A stretch of DNA of 64,000 nt. Origin: Oculina patagonica (taxonomy: Eukaryota). The notes beneath the pieces were generated by a model. That model worked only from the letters and a program-made list of their open reading frames with translations. It made no database searches and had not been told where the DNA came from. Of the stretch, positions 11,901 to 23,450 are shown in pieces (position 1 is the first letter of the stretch; the number at the start of each line of letters is the position of its first letter). Location of the stretch: positions 45,942,001-46,006,000 of the forward strand of contig NC_135759.1 of NCBI RefSeq assembly GCF_052425735.1, in the 5' to 3' direction. The translations under genes were made by a program, and so were the position numbers.

Positions 11901-14900
11901 TATGGAGATATGAAGCATTTGACAGCATTTGAATTCGAATTGCCAAAGCACTATGTTTACATACCTCGTCTCATCATAACCCCAACCCAGGATTACCTTC
12001 TGCCCGCGGAATTAGTGGCAGAGAATCGTGTAATCAGAGATTACGGCCACAAGCAGGCGATGCGGATTGCATTCAGAGATGAAGACTTCTCCAAACTGGC
12101 ATCAACGCACCCAGAAGGCCTTAAGCACGTATTGAATGAGCGCGTGATTAACAAGCTTTCAAACAACATAGAGATCGCTGGGCGCAGCTTTGAGTTTCTG
12201 GCGTGTTCCAATAGTCAGCTGCGTGACCATGGCGCATGGCTGTACGCGACAGACGGCGAGCACCGAGTCGCTGACATAAGAGGATCGCTGGGGCAGTTAA
12301 ATGAGATCAGATGTGTAGCAACCTATGTTTCACGAATGGGGCAGTGTTTCTCATCGACAAAGGAAGCGGTCACAGTCAGTATTGAAGTTGGATGCAAAGT
12401 GGAAGAAATTCCAGATGTGGAGGTACAATACGACAACGTATATTTCGAGTGTTGTAAGAACCATAGATCCGGGACATACACCTTTACAGATGGAGTTGGA
12501 AAAATCAGCTCGGCTTTGGCCAGGAAAGTATGTTTATTTATTGTTTTTTACAATTCTTTATACACGGTAATAAAACATCAGGATTCTTATTATTAAAAAT
12601 GCAAATCTAATTACTTATCTAAATACCATGATTGCCTTCCTGAGATTACAGGATAGGCTGTTCCAGAGAGTTGAATCACTTAAGCTGAAACCTATTTTTC
12701 AAATAGTTCGTTCGTGGAAGAGGTGCAACTAGTTTTTTCACGGAGTCTCTCGAAGATTAGGGTGTTCCATTACTTACACCCGCTTTCAGTGTTACGTGCA
12801 TATCTATCTTTCTATATCCATTTTTCGATATCTTTTTTCGTCTTTTTTTTCGGCGTGTTTTTTTAAATTAGCCAATAAAAATCTATATATTCTTTTTTTT
12901 TTTTATAAAAATGTGAGAAAAGGTCAAAAATTTTTTTTTTGGGGTTTTTTGTTTTTTTTTTTTTTTTTTTTTTAAAAACAAAAAAATATATGGAAAGAAA
13001 AAGACAAAAAGGGCGTAAAAGAAATTTAGAAGATAAGTATTCAGGAACAAGACCATTCAAAGATTTATATGCCATTAAGGCTTCCTGAATTTGAGGCAGG
13101 GTACGCAAATCTTTCCAGCCAAGTTTTCGTTATAGGCACTTGGCATCCGCATCATAGGCCGAGGAAATAAGCACGCGAGTGGCACGGCAATAATAATTAA
13201 AATTATACAATAAGCTAATAGTACAATCAAGGAAAGATTTTACTCTGTGTGTATTTTTTTTATCTACTGTTTCACCTTACAAACGTACTAATAGACCTTA
13301 TTCGTATTCTCGGTATAATACGAAGGTATTGGAGTGGAACTTGCAATGGAGGCTCATGCGGGTAATCTTTTTAAATGCAAATGACATAAAGCTGTTTTAA
13401 TGATATTCCCCCGCATGAGCCTCCATTACAAGCTACTTCCAAGCCAATACCGAGAATACGAATATGGTCTATTAACGATAGCCGTCTTTTCAATTTTTTC
13501 AGGTTGCAGACAGCCTCGACCTGGATCCAACTCCGTCAGCCTATCAGATTCGTTTCGGTGGTTGCAAGGGGATGTTAGCAATTGATCCCAGACTTCCACA
13601 AGGAGAGGACCGAGAAATACTGCAATACCGCAAGAGTATGAAAAAATTCGCTTCACCACATTCTGCCCTTGAGATCTGCGAGGCCTCAAAACCAAGTAAG
13701 TAGCGGTTAAACCGTATTTATATTACAGCTTGATTTTTTTTTAATCATCCATAATGAATGCTTCATTGTATTGCAATGGATAAAAAATTGACCATGCAAA
13801 GCGTTCTTTTATTTGATGTGCAGTCATTTTATAAAAGGCTATGTAAACACTGTTACGACGTTTTGTTAGCTTCATTTCTAAACGGAGTTATGCAATAACT
13901 GAGAGAGTTTCCCCGCGCTCATTGGTCTATAGTCATTGGTCATTGAAAGTATAAACCATGAAAATTGCGTAACTTGTAACGCAAAGTAGAGCAGATTTCG
14001 GAAAACTAAAGACATTTTCGCAACTTTACCAAAAAACAGAATCCGGCGAGTTGCGAAGAGTCAGCTAGAACACTCAGGACGAAATTTTCCACACAATCAC
14101 CGACTTCAAGTGGAAAAAAAAGATCTTGCGAGCTGTCACACGCGCGCGATTTCACACTGATTTTTAAATTTATTCGCCGGTAGATTTTTTCATTGTCTAC
14201 ACTCTTACAAACTATAGAAATGACGCCATAAAATGTCCAAAACTTTGCAGTGAAACCACTCGCCTAACGGTTCGTGGTTCCACTTGAGTTTTGAACATTT
14301 TATGGCGTCATTTTTATGATCTATAAGAGTGTAGGTCGATTTGTTAAATGGAATAACGTTTTCCTTTTGCACCAAGGTATGCAGGACAAAACATGTGTAC
14401 ATTAGGTTTTTTTTGGCGGAACAAATTTAAGAGATAGGTAAAGTTCGGATAAAATCGTAATTATCTCATAATTTCATTTTGTTTTTATTTCAGACCTTTT
14501 ATACCTTAATCGTCAGTGTATAATCCTGTTGAATGGACTCGGAGTTCCTGATGAGTCATTTATCAGCCTGCAAGACAACATGCTGCGTAGCCTCGCCTTG
14601 ATGCTGCTCTTTGAAACGGTAGCATTGGATACTCTTGGTCGCGCAAATATCCCAGGTGGCTTGAAAATCACAGCATTGTCACGCAGTGGTGTAAACTTTA
14701 CTCGAGAACCGTTTTTCCGCTCCCTGCTCCTGGCAATTTACAAGAGCCGATTGGGAGACCTACTGCGGAGAGCCCGGATTGCTATCCCAGAAACCCATGG
14801 GCGCCTTTTGATGGGCGTCATAGACGAAACAGGTTCTTTGGAGTATGGCCAGGTTTTTGTTCGTTACTCCAAATCGGTCCGTGAACCAGGAAAAGAGCTA

Positions 14901-17900
14901 ATCACGCTGAAAGGCAAAGTGGTAATCAGCAAAAATCCCTGTTTTCACCCAGGTTAGTTTTTCAGACCCATAGCACAAATGTTTAATGAACATCTAATAA
15001 ACCAGTGTAATTGCTCTGAACCGTATCGCTTTAAATGAATATGGTATGATATGACATATCATGACCGTTAGCAGTGGTGAAAAGTAGGGTTTTGTAACAG
15101 TTGTAATTATGCAAAAGCTCAAGGAACTGACAAAGTGTTGAGCGAGACTTTGTCAGAATTTCATGCGTAATTCGTTTTGTGGCAAGCGAAAAATGATTTT
15201 ACATTAGCTAATCAGTAGCTTCGTTTGCAAGTTTGGATGGAAAATAATCAAAATAAACATCAATGTCTCTTTTTTGGAAGGCCCATGTCAGCCACATTTT
15301 AATGGTATAGTCCAATCCTTAGATTTTTTTCCTTTGTGGCATTATCAGTTACTATGTACTGATCTGTATCATTACACTGCTTCTTTCTTTAGGTGACATG
15401 CGCATATTTCAAGCCGTTGATGTTCGAGTTCTGCACCACTTGGTTGACTGCATTGTGTTTCCCGCCAAAGGACCCAGGCCTCACACTGATGAAATGTCTG
15501 GCTCAGACCTAGATGGCGACAAGTATTTCGTCACGTGGTATGACAAGCTCCTTCCACCAAGGGATGAGAATGTAGACCCGATGGATTTCACATCTCCAGA
15601 CAAAATAGTTTTGCCTAGACCTGTAGAAGTCTCTGACATGATTCAGTTCGTGTCGGATTACATCAAAAATGATCAACTTGGGATCATTGCAAATGCTCAT
15701 CTCGTGCATGCTGACCACGACGAAAAAGGTATGTCAACGCAATAACAATTTGTTATCTCTGGGAGAATAGGGCCATAAGCATAGTGTATGTACTCAATTT
15801 GATCCTTCTAAAAAATTCATTTTCTTTGGGTATGACGTCAAATGGCGTCAACAATAACTGGGTTTCAGTACATGTTCTTGGCGTCAAACACGACATGAAT
15901 CGATGATATATTCTAAAACAATAGCTTGATGGCAAGGTCAAGAATCTGGGACGAATCAGCCACTGAAAGTTTTAGCATCAAAAAATGAAACTTGTTAGTT
16001 TTCAAAATTGTAAAACCCTCATGGGGACTGGGATCCAACCCCTCCCCCTCCTTCCTTGCCACCCATGTACGTGTTGGGGGTTAACATAAATATTTTCTCT
16101 TTTGCTCTCGAGGCATATTTTCCGATGAGTGTATCGAGTTAGCCCACATGCACTCAGAAGCTGTAGATTTTCCAAAGACTGGGAAGTGTCCATCTCTTCC
16201 CAAAGAACTGAGACCTGATCAGTACCCAGACTTCATGATGAAACCCGGGAAACCTCGGTACAAGTAAGTAAAAGCTCACTAATATTGTTCATTTGCTTAT
16301 CTTAGTAATATTGTACTAATATTACACTTACTAATATTTTACACTTACTTATCTTGCTACTTTATTTCATATGCATGCAGACACAGATCTTTTTACCGGC
16401 CTTCAGAACTGTCACATAGGAGAATTTTTGTGTAATTGCGAGAAATTATTTTCACAGCCCTCTACGACCTCTTCCACATGTATCAATAGTTTTTTGTGTA
16501 AATGCCTGCTATAATGTATTTATTTAATTTTCATGGCAAAGAGAGAACACCAAAAAAAAATTAGGCTTTTAAACTTGGGACAAACTTTTGTAAAGACAGT
16601 CAAATCTCGTTATAGCGGACACGCTCGGGGCGTCGTTTAGTGTCCTTTATAGCGAGAGATCCTAATAGCGGGAGTCATTTCCAGTCAAACCTCTCTTGCT
16701 GGGGATCTGGATTTTGTCCGTAATAGCGAGTGTCCGCAATAGCGGGGTGTCCGCAAGGCGAGGGTTGACTGTACAGCAATTTTCCGACGTCTCGAACCTC
16801 CAAAGGGAACGAAAATTGGTTCTGGAAAGTTCGGCAAAATGGAGCAATAAGGGAAACGCGTTTTGGCTCGAGTTATTGGGAGGTTTGAGGAATTGGTATT
16901 CCACTGTAAAAGTATATCATTTTCATTTCCGTTATCTTATCACACGTTGCTAAATTTATATTTTAGTTCCCAAAGGATACTGGGAAAACTATTCCGAAAG
17001 TGCAAGTCGCTTGACCGTGCCCAGCAGTTCTCTGTTGATGCTTCTCAGACCCAGATCACCCCTGATGACGACATGATCGTATCGGGCTACGAGCAATATC
17101 TTGAAGAAGCTAAAGCAGTGAGAAACCGCTATAACACCAAACTGGAGGGACTCATGTCCTTATATGGATTACGAAATGAAGGAGAAGTCATCACTGGTTG
17201 TCTTGTGAGGGTAAACAATCGCCTTTCTGGCAAAACCGATGAGAAGTTCGAAGTGGCGCAAATGATACAAGCAAGTCTTTCCACTTTGCGCGCAAAAACG
17301 CGACACGATTTTTATGAAGAGTTTGGTGGCGAAGACGAGGTGATGGAAGAGTTTGAAGACAACGGCAGTTTTAGCGATGAAGTCCTGATGAAAGCTTCTG
17401 CTTGGTACATGGCAACGTACGGAAAAAGCGACGAAGAAGAGAATGCGACCGAGGTCCAAGTAAGAGCATCTTCGAGTGACTTGCAAGGAAATCAGCAAAG
17501 AAGTGAGGCGGGGGGTCAGGCGAGGCTGCTCAGTTTTCCGTGGGTTGTCGATCGAATCCTGGCAAAGATCAAGGACGCAAAGCAGAAAGAAAGGAAAGAG
17601 AAAGGAATCCAGAAACGCCATGCTCTGAATGCAGTTGGTGACCTCATAACAGTTCAAGCAGCCTACTTCTTTGAAAAGTTCCAATCAGATCTAACTGACG
17701 ATCGCGAGATGCGAATGGAAGAACGTGGTAAGCTACTGAGAATGTTACACCGCCTCCTTGGGGTAAGCCACGTTCCACGCCTGTCTTTATGTGATGCGTC
17801 GCTGACGGGAATCTCCGTGGGTGATGAAGAAAGACGCCATATTGAGATTTATGCACATTACAAGTGGAACGCTTCTGATCAAGAGCAGTATGAGTACCTA

Positions 17901-20900
17901 CGTTGGCTCGGAAAAGCACTGACTCAAGATGGTAAAGTTGAAATTCAAAGATACCCAGCTGCTTTGTATTTTCAACGTTCTCAAGGTAGGGAATAAGCCA
18001 GTAAAATATGCTTTGGTCTGACGTAGTTTAAATTGTATTTTACAATGGTATACTGTATTCTATTTTGCTCAAGGTTGCTTTTGTTCTAATCTTTTACCGG
18101 ATTTGACGTCTTCTGTGGCTTCGTACAGAATGAGTGGAGTATTTAGCTTACGCAGCCCAATGTGAACACCTTAAATTAAAGTTACATTCAAAGCACTAAA
18201 ATTAAAATGTTTAAATTACAATAAAAACTTACGAAATCAGTTGCATTTGCTGTTTTCTGCTGTGTTCCCCGTCGTAACATAGCAAAAAATATTCCTTTGC
18301 CCGCCGGTTTTACGTTTACTGAGCAAACAACCATGACAACAGGCGTATGTTACCTTTTTGTGGTACAGTGTTTGGAATCTTATTAACGGAATGGTAAAAG
18401 TTTGTTAAGATTAATTACAAGGCTGCTATGATAACAAATACGTTTAAATGTATGGTGCAAGAAGAAACATTCGTTTTTTGTCATCCAGGGTTAGTGAGAC
18501 AGCAATACTACATCACAGCGGATTCCAACAGACTGCTGAAGAGTGCGTATGTCGGTGTTCATGTTCAGCGGTGTCCTCGCCTCCTTCATCTTCTATTGAT
18601 TGTGATGCACTGGGGCCGGCGGCGGCGTCTTAATGGAAACTCAAGACACACCTTCCTTTCCGATGAAAATTTAGCCACACTGTTTGTCGCATTTTGTGAG
18701 AAATCTGGATTCATTCACGAGGTAAGTCGTTCTCAGAAGTCGAGATTTTGTAGATGTGGGATAATGATTCAGTGAATTAAACAAATTGGCCACGTTTTTC
18801 CATGGTTCACATTCTTTTAGACCATAGAAATGACGTTATAAAAGTTTCAACGCTCAAGAGGGAACATGGGCGTAGCAAGTAGCTTTATGTCTAAGTTCTG
18901 AACATTTCATGGCGTCGTTTCTATGAGCTATGGTCATGGAGACTTTGGCAATATGTCGTTGATTTCTTTTACGATAACATCAAAATATGCCGGCCAACTA
19001 AGGGTAAATCAGTACGTAAATCATTTCCTCTCCCAATTTAAAATAAACAAAACTTCATTTTATTTTTACAAGTCAATTTTCTGCTGTCGTTAGTTAAATA
19101 AAAACAAATTTCTTACAACACTGCATAATGAATTAATTTGTGGGAGTTCGGTGGTCTAGCCGTTTGCGGGTCTGAGTTCTTGAGATGTGGTGATCGATGC
19201 TTGGTCTCCATAAAAATTTTGTGGTGCGTCGTTACATTGTCCAATTGTTTTGGGCAACTTAAAAAATGCAAAAACCTGCAGCGGGCTAGATTCCTATCCA
19301 GTTAAAGTTGCCTTACGCTACATTTTCCGGAGTTAAGCGCAGTCACCTTGTGCCACTTAGTGCAACTGAAGGCTAAACCTTGCTGCTCTCATTTCTCTCA
19401 ATGCTATCTTTCAGGTTGGCAGCGACGAGCTGCAGAACTTTAGTTCCAGTCTCCTTGGATTACCATCCAGTGCTACACAGTCTGAGGCCGAGGAGCTGTG
19501 GAGCCGTGAAGTCCTGGGTGAGGCTTCTCAAGGAAGACTGAAAGGCTTCAAAGACGATACCACTCCTGGTCATGTACTGATCAAGTTCTTTGAGCACTAC
19601 AGCACACCAGCCGACAATGACCCCCTTCATATACGAGTCATGAAGAATCCAGTGAAAAGCAGTGAAACACTTTATCCAAACGTCTCTGTAGAAGAAAGTG
19701 GTCGCTTCTCTGACGCGGCGCTTCACGCATTTCACGAGCTTGCGCAGTGCTGTGGCCTGGACAGCCTCACTGCGTCACTGAACACAGAGAGCACGCGTGA
19801 GCTGCAAGAAACGCTGAACATGCCAAACACGACTTGGGGCGCACTTCGGTTTGCTGAGGAGTTTGTTCGAGTCAAGTTATCAACACTGACGACAGCACAG
19901 ATCACTTTACGGCCATGTAAGTCTTTTTGTAATAGGCCGCCTTCTGTGATTAAGGTACTTAAGCGGATAAAGAAAGGTTTGCATGCAATATCGCGCAAAA
20001 TTTATAAAAATAACAAGAATCAGTTTGTTGATTTTTTTTAAAAGTAGACGAGTAACTAGGGCAAGACATTTGGTAAAAATTGAAAAGCGATCTATGGTTA
20101 AAAATTTGTTTAAAACAAGCTTTTGACTACCAGTCTGTAGTCTTTATTTTTTGTAGTCTTTATTACTCGTTAAGGACTACAGACTGATAGTCGAAAGCTT
20201 GTTTCAAAAAAATTGGTAACCAGAGATCGCTTTTCAATTTTTTACCAATTGTTGATTTGCGTTTGCATATTCCCCTTGCGTTATTTTCGTTTTCTTGAGA
20301 TAATTTTCCTTATGCATAGCAAACGTTATAATCGCTGTTTGTATTTCAGTCTAACATGCATCACGACCATATTTATGTTTCCCTCGCTAAAAGAAGTCAT
20401 TTATATCGGCATCACGATTGCTGGAATCAGAACCACAAGTATTTGGTAATTATCTTTAGAAAGCTTACATAGCATATAAAGAACGATTTAATGCCAGTTA
20501 GTGTCCTCCAGGTTTTCACATACAAAAAAATACAACCTTGAAAAAAAATGAACGTCCTTTATTCATAAGTATAATATTTACACCTAGAGCTATGATGATT
20601 GTCTTAAAGCTATATTTATAGTTTTCTCTTTCGATATTTTTAGCTCAGAAGTCCGCCGGCTATATTCTTGAGGCAACAGGGAACTACCTCACACTGCACA
20701 GCGTTCAGAACGAACTGGAGAAGATAGAAGAAACCTGTACATCATACATCTACGACCATACTGTTAGTGGTGCTACTCGCTTCTTGTTCCTGGGTCAAAA
20801 CGGACCAGAAGATGCAGTTACTTTCAAACAGTTGAGAAAAGGCGACTTTGCCGTCAACCTCAATCAAATAAATGGACTTCTGTTGAGCCTTAATCTTAAC

Positions 20901-21803
20901 GATGCACCTGCTAGAGATTTCGCAGAAACAAAGTTCCGCAGCATGCTTTCATCCCAGCTGGAGGTATTCAAACGGGAATATCTGCCTTATGTGCATGGGA
21001 CAGACAGACTCAAAATCAAGGCGGAATTTGGAAGCATTTATGTTGAGAACGTACAGAGTCTGATGTCACGTGTTGAAATCATTGAGAACATCTTGAGTCT
21101 GCACGCGGATCCTAAAAACCAGCCAGGTAACAAGAAAAACCAACATTTGATGAAGCACAAGTTTATACCAATTTCACGTGGAGCTGATGGTTGGACTGCA
21201 GCGTTTGAATCAAGTCGCCAGGAGTCCGCCGAAGAAACGTACACTGTGGTGATGAAAGAAGGCAGAAATCACACTATAACCGTCATTTACGACAGGGATT
21301 TGCAGTTCAGTGATGTAGAAATTCCACCCATCAACTGGGTTGTAGTCGACGTCAAAGCTCCACGCCCTGCCAGGGCGAAATCACGTGACGTCGATTTCCG
21401 CGTCACCGTGTGTTCCGAGCGGAGGCTGGAGGGAGAAGAGAAAGATGAAGTTATGAAGTCGCCAAATTATGAAATCTTTAAGACGAAGTCCATCATCAGC
21501 AAGTCTCCCAATGGAGGTCCAGGACTGGAACTTGCAAACGAGTTCCTTAAGAAGGTGGCTTTCGTCCGCCATGATAAAACGACGATGTACCATATCTACA
21601 ATGGACGTTTGTGGCTCCAAGTGAAAGAGGTCCAAAAGTATGAAGTAAGAGGTACAAGGTTCCTTAACTCTCCCAGCAAGAACTTCACTGAATTGCAGAT
21701 ATGGGGATGGTTCAACGGCAAAGATGACGAGGAGGTGGCGATGAATGTTGCCAAAGACTTGTGGTCAGCGACTAAAAGGCTGCGACCACATATTAACGGC
21801 TAA
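8913..21803 (+). CDS. Eukaryotic (RNAi-type) RNA-dependent RNA polymerase with long C-terminal extension, 11 exons, ~1957 aa
   Basis: Exons 8913-9615, 10468-10644, 11587-12527, 13503-13695, 14494-14952, 15393-15728, 16113-16263, 16967-17985, 18489-18721, 19415-19916, 20644-21803; all GT-AG and phase-compatible (sum 5874 nt). Motifs: FLACSNSQLRD, SRMGQCFS, FTDGVGKIS, PSAYQIRFGGCKGML, LNRQ, KNPCFHPGD, catalytic SGSDLDGDKY (15506-15520), AVDFPKTG, YPDFM. Confidence 0.92.
10706..10930 (+). mobile_element. tRNA-derived SINE; 3' part corrupted by low-quality homopolymer sequence
   Basis: Head GGGAGCAGGGGTGGCGCGGTGGTAAGAGCGCTCGCCTCCCACC matches the cleaner copy at 45631-45894. Confidence 0.75.
11069..11289. 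other. Assembly gap (N-run) in RdRP intron 2
   Basis: Run of n. Confidence 1.
12600..13190 (-). mobile_element. Decayed 3' fragment of a CR1/L2-group LINE ORF2, interrupted by low-complexity sequence
   Basis: Minus-strand translations RATRVLISSAYDADA..LGWKDL..MAYKSLNGLVPEYLSSKF and LRDSVKKLVAPLPRTNYLKNRFS..LWN resemble CR1/L2 ORF2 C-termini. Confidence 0.7.
13289..13474. mobile_element. Foldback MITE (TAATAGACC...GGTCTATTA)
   Basis: ~28-bp TIR plus inner inverted arms (gcaatggaggctcatgcggg / cccgcatgagcctccattac). Confidence 0.8.
14205..14330. mobile_element. Palindromic MITE; related copy at ~18818-18940
   Basis: atagaaatgacgccataaaatgtccaaaact / agttttgaacattttatggcgtcatttttatg arms; similar arms recur at ~18820. 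Confidence 0.65.
16597..16908. mobile_element. Two adjacent Tc1/mariner-type MITEs (CAG...CTG ends, TA flanks)
   Basis: cagtcaaatctcgttatagcggac ... gtccgcaaggcgagggttgactgta, then tacagc ... ccactgta. Confidence 0.6.
20070..20248. mobile_element. Foldback palindromic MITE
   Basis: ~80-bp inverted arms (aaaattgaaaagcgatc...ccagtctgtagtc / gactacagactga...gatcgcttttcaattttt). Confidence 0.75.
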
Positions 21804-21904
21804 GGGTTAAACTTAGCTTTTTTATTAAATGATCAAGATGTAAAATTTGCCTTTCATCCGATGTTTGTTTCCATGGAAACAGGTGAGGCAAAGACACAAT
21901 ATTC

Positions 21905-22018
21905 AGCAGATAAATCACTATCCAGTAGATAAGTTTTGACAAAACAAACTACGCTATCCACTGTATAGTGATTTATCCGGTGAATAGCGTTACCCACCCC
22001 TTGAACAACTGGGGCCAG
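21905..22018. repeat. Interspersed DNA repeat (gataaatcactatccagt...ttgaacaactggggccag); related fragment at ~155-203
   Basis: Internal palindromic ggataa/ttatcc motifs shared with the 155-203 fragment. Confidence 0.5.
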
Positions 22019-22779
22019 TGCGAGTTGGATTGTGGTCCTTTAAACTTCTTTTTGGTTAAACTGACAGTGAGCTGCTATCATTAATACATACTTGAATTAA
22101 AATATCCAGCTAAAACTATACAGACCAAAAAAAAACAAAGCTTAACATTAAGTGAAGTATTTTAGCAGTCTTCGTGCTGGCATTGTCAACTTTAATTTTT
22201 TAGGTATTCTGCTCTGGATTTATGGCCTGCTTTTTTAAGTTACACATTTGAAAATCATTTTTAGAAAGTTAGTTGTTTAACATATATATTTGACGAAATT
22301 ATACATAATTGAATTACAACAACGTAGTAGGTCATTTAGAGAAGGGAAACTGTATGATTATCTCGAATTTTCTACTTTTTAAGTCAGCAGACGACAAGCG
22401 GGGGAGATAAGTGACCCGCCGGAGGCGGAGACGGACAGGGCGCGGACGTGAGCACAGGAGAAACCGGAGGAACGGAGCAGGCGAACCCCCGGGAGGGGAA
22501 GAGGACGGAACAGCAGTCCGCGGGAAATCCATGATGACAAGTGGGTCACCCAGGAGACCACAAGCCAGATGAGCGGAAAGAGAAGGGCGCGACTGCACGC
22601 CGACCGATCTGTCCACCCGCGGACCACCCCGGCCGCACGCCCCCCGAGGGACAGGGGCAACAGAGCAACACAGCAGAGCAGGGACCGGGGACGCCGGCGC
22701 CCCCCCCCCCGTAGATTTTTTTACAAGGCAATAGAATTTGTTTTTTAGTTGCACAATATCCTGCAATACAACACATCAC

Positions 22780-23450
22780 TGACTTGATGGGGCTAGGCTG
22801 TCAAGAGGTGTGGCCTGTGACATCCTCCTGCGTCGTGTTACACATGACGAAGATTTTAATTACTCTCTATATTTTTCAACAGTGAATACTCTCTCTTAAA
22901 TTGATTTAGCAGACTGTACAGCTTGTAAATATTTGGAGTTTGTTGACTGTCAGGTAGTACAGCTGTTCAGATCTTCACATGGCCACCAATCTTTGCAGGA
23001 TGGCTGCTGTAGAGTGTTGCTTGTCGTGTGTGGTGGGTTGAGCAGGCGGTTTGTTGTTCCGCCTTGTTTTTGTTGCTCTGTTTCTTTCTGAGTCACATGT
23101 ATGAGGCTCTTTGTTTTTTTGTTCTAAGTGTCTGCTTCTTGAGTGTGTCGTACCACTGTCCTGTTAATGGCTGAGCTACTTAGACTGTGTCATGGTGGTC
23201 CTGCTCTTCTAGTGAGTCTAGGTCCTTTTGTTACTTGTTCTCTCTCAGCATTTTTAGCTGTTCTCTCTTAGCTGCTGCTAGAGGCCTGATGACACTGTGT
23301 GTTAGTGATGGGTTTTCACTACCAGCTAGATGACTCACTGTGTGTAGAGACAAATGTTGTCAGCAGATTTTTGCTTCTGGTCAGTTTATACCAATTCAGA
23401 TTTGCTCATAGAGCCTTTGATTTACAGAATGTATCATTGGTTTGTAAAAA
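22780..23450 (-). mobile_element. Possible highly decayed Ty3/Gypsy 3' remnant (integrase tail, PPT, LTR start)
   Basis: Minus strand gives KDLDSLEEQD and RSE..PD-like fragments, then a purine tract AGGAGGA directly followed by TGTCACA. CpG-depleted, many stops. Confidence 0.35.

Noticed and set aside
11580-16263. RdRP as an endogenous viral element
   Set aside because: The DLDGD double-psi-barrel cellular type with many spliceosomal introns is not a viral palm-domain GDD polymerase.
17169-17919. Antisense ORFs (171 and 91 aa) over RdRP exon 8
   Set aside because: Shadow ORFs of a coding exon; no independent evidence.
22380-22710. GC-rich stretch with 93-144-aa ORFs
   Set aside because: Abrupt composition shift, purine skew and no recognisable motifs; most likely low-quality gap-fill sequence.
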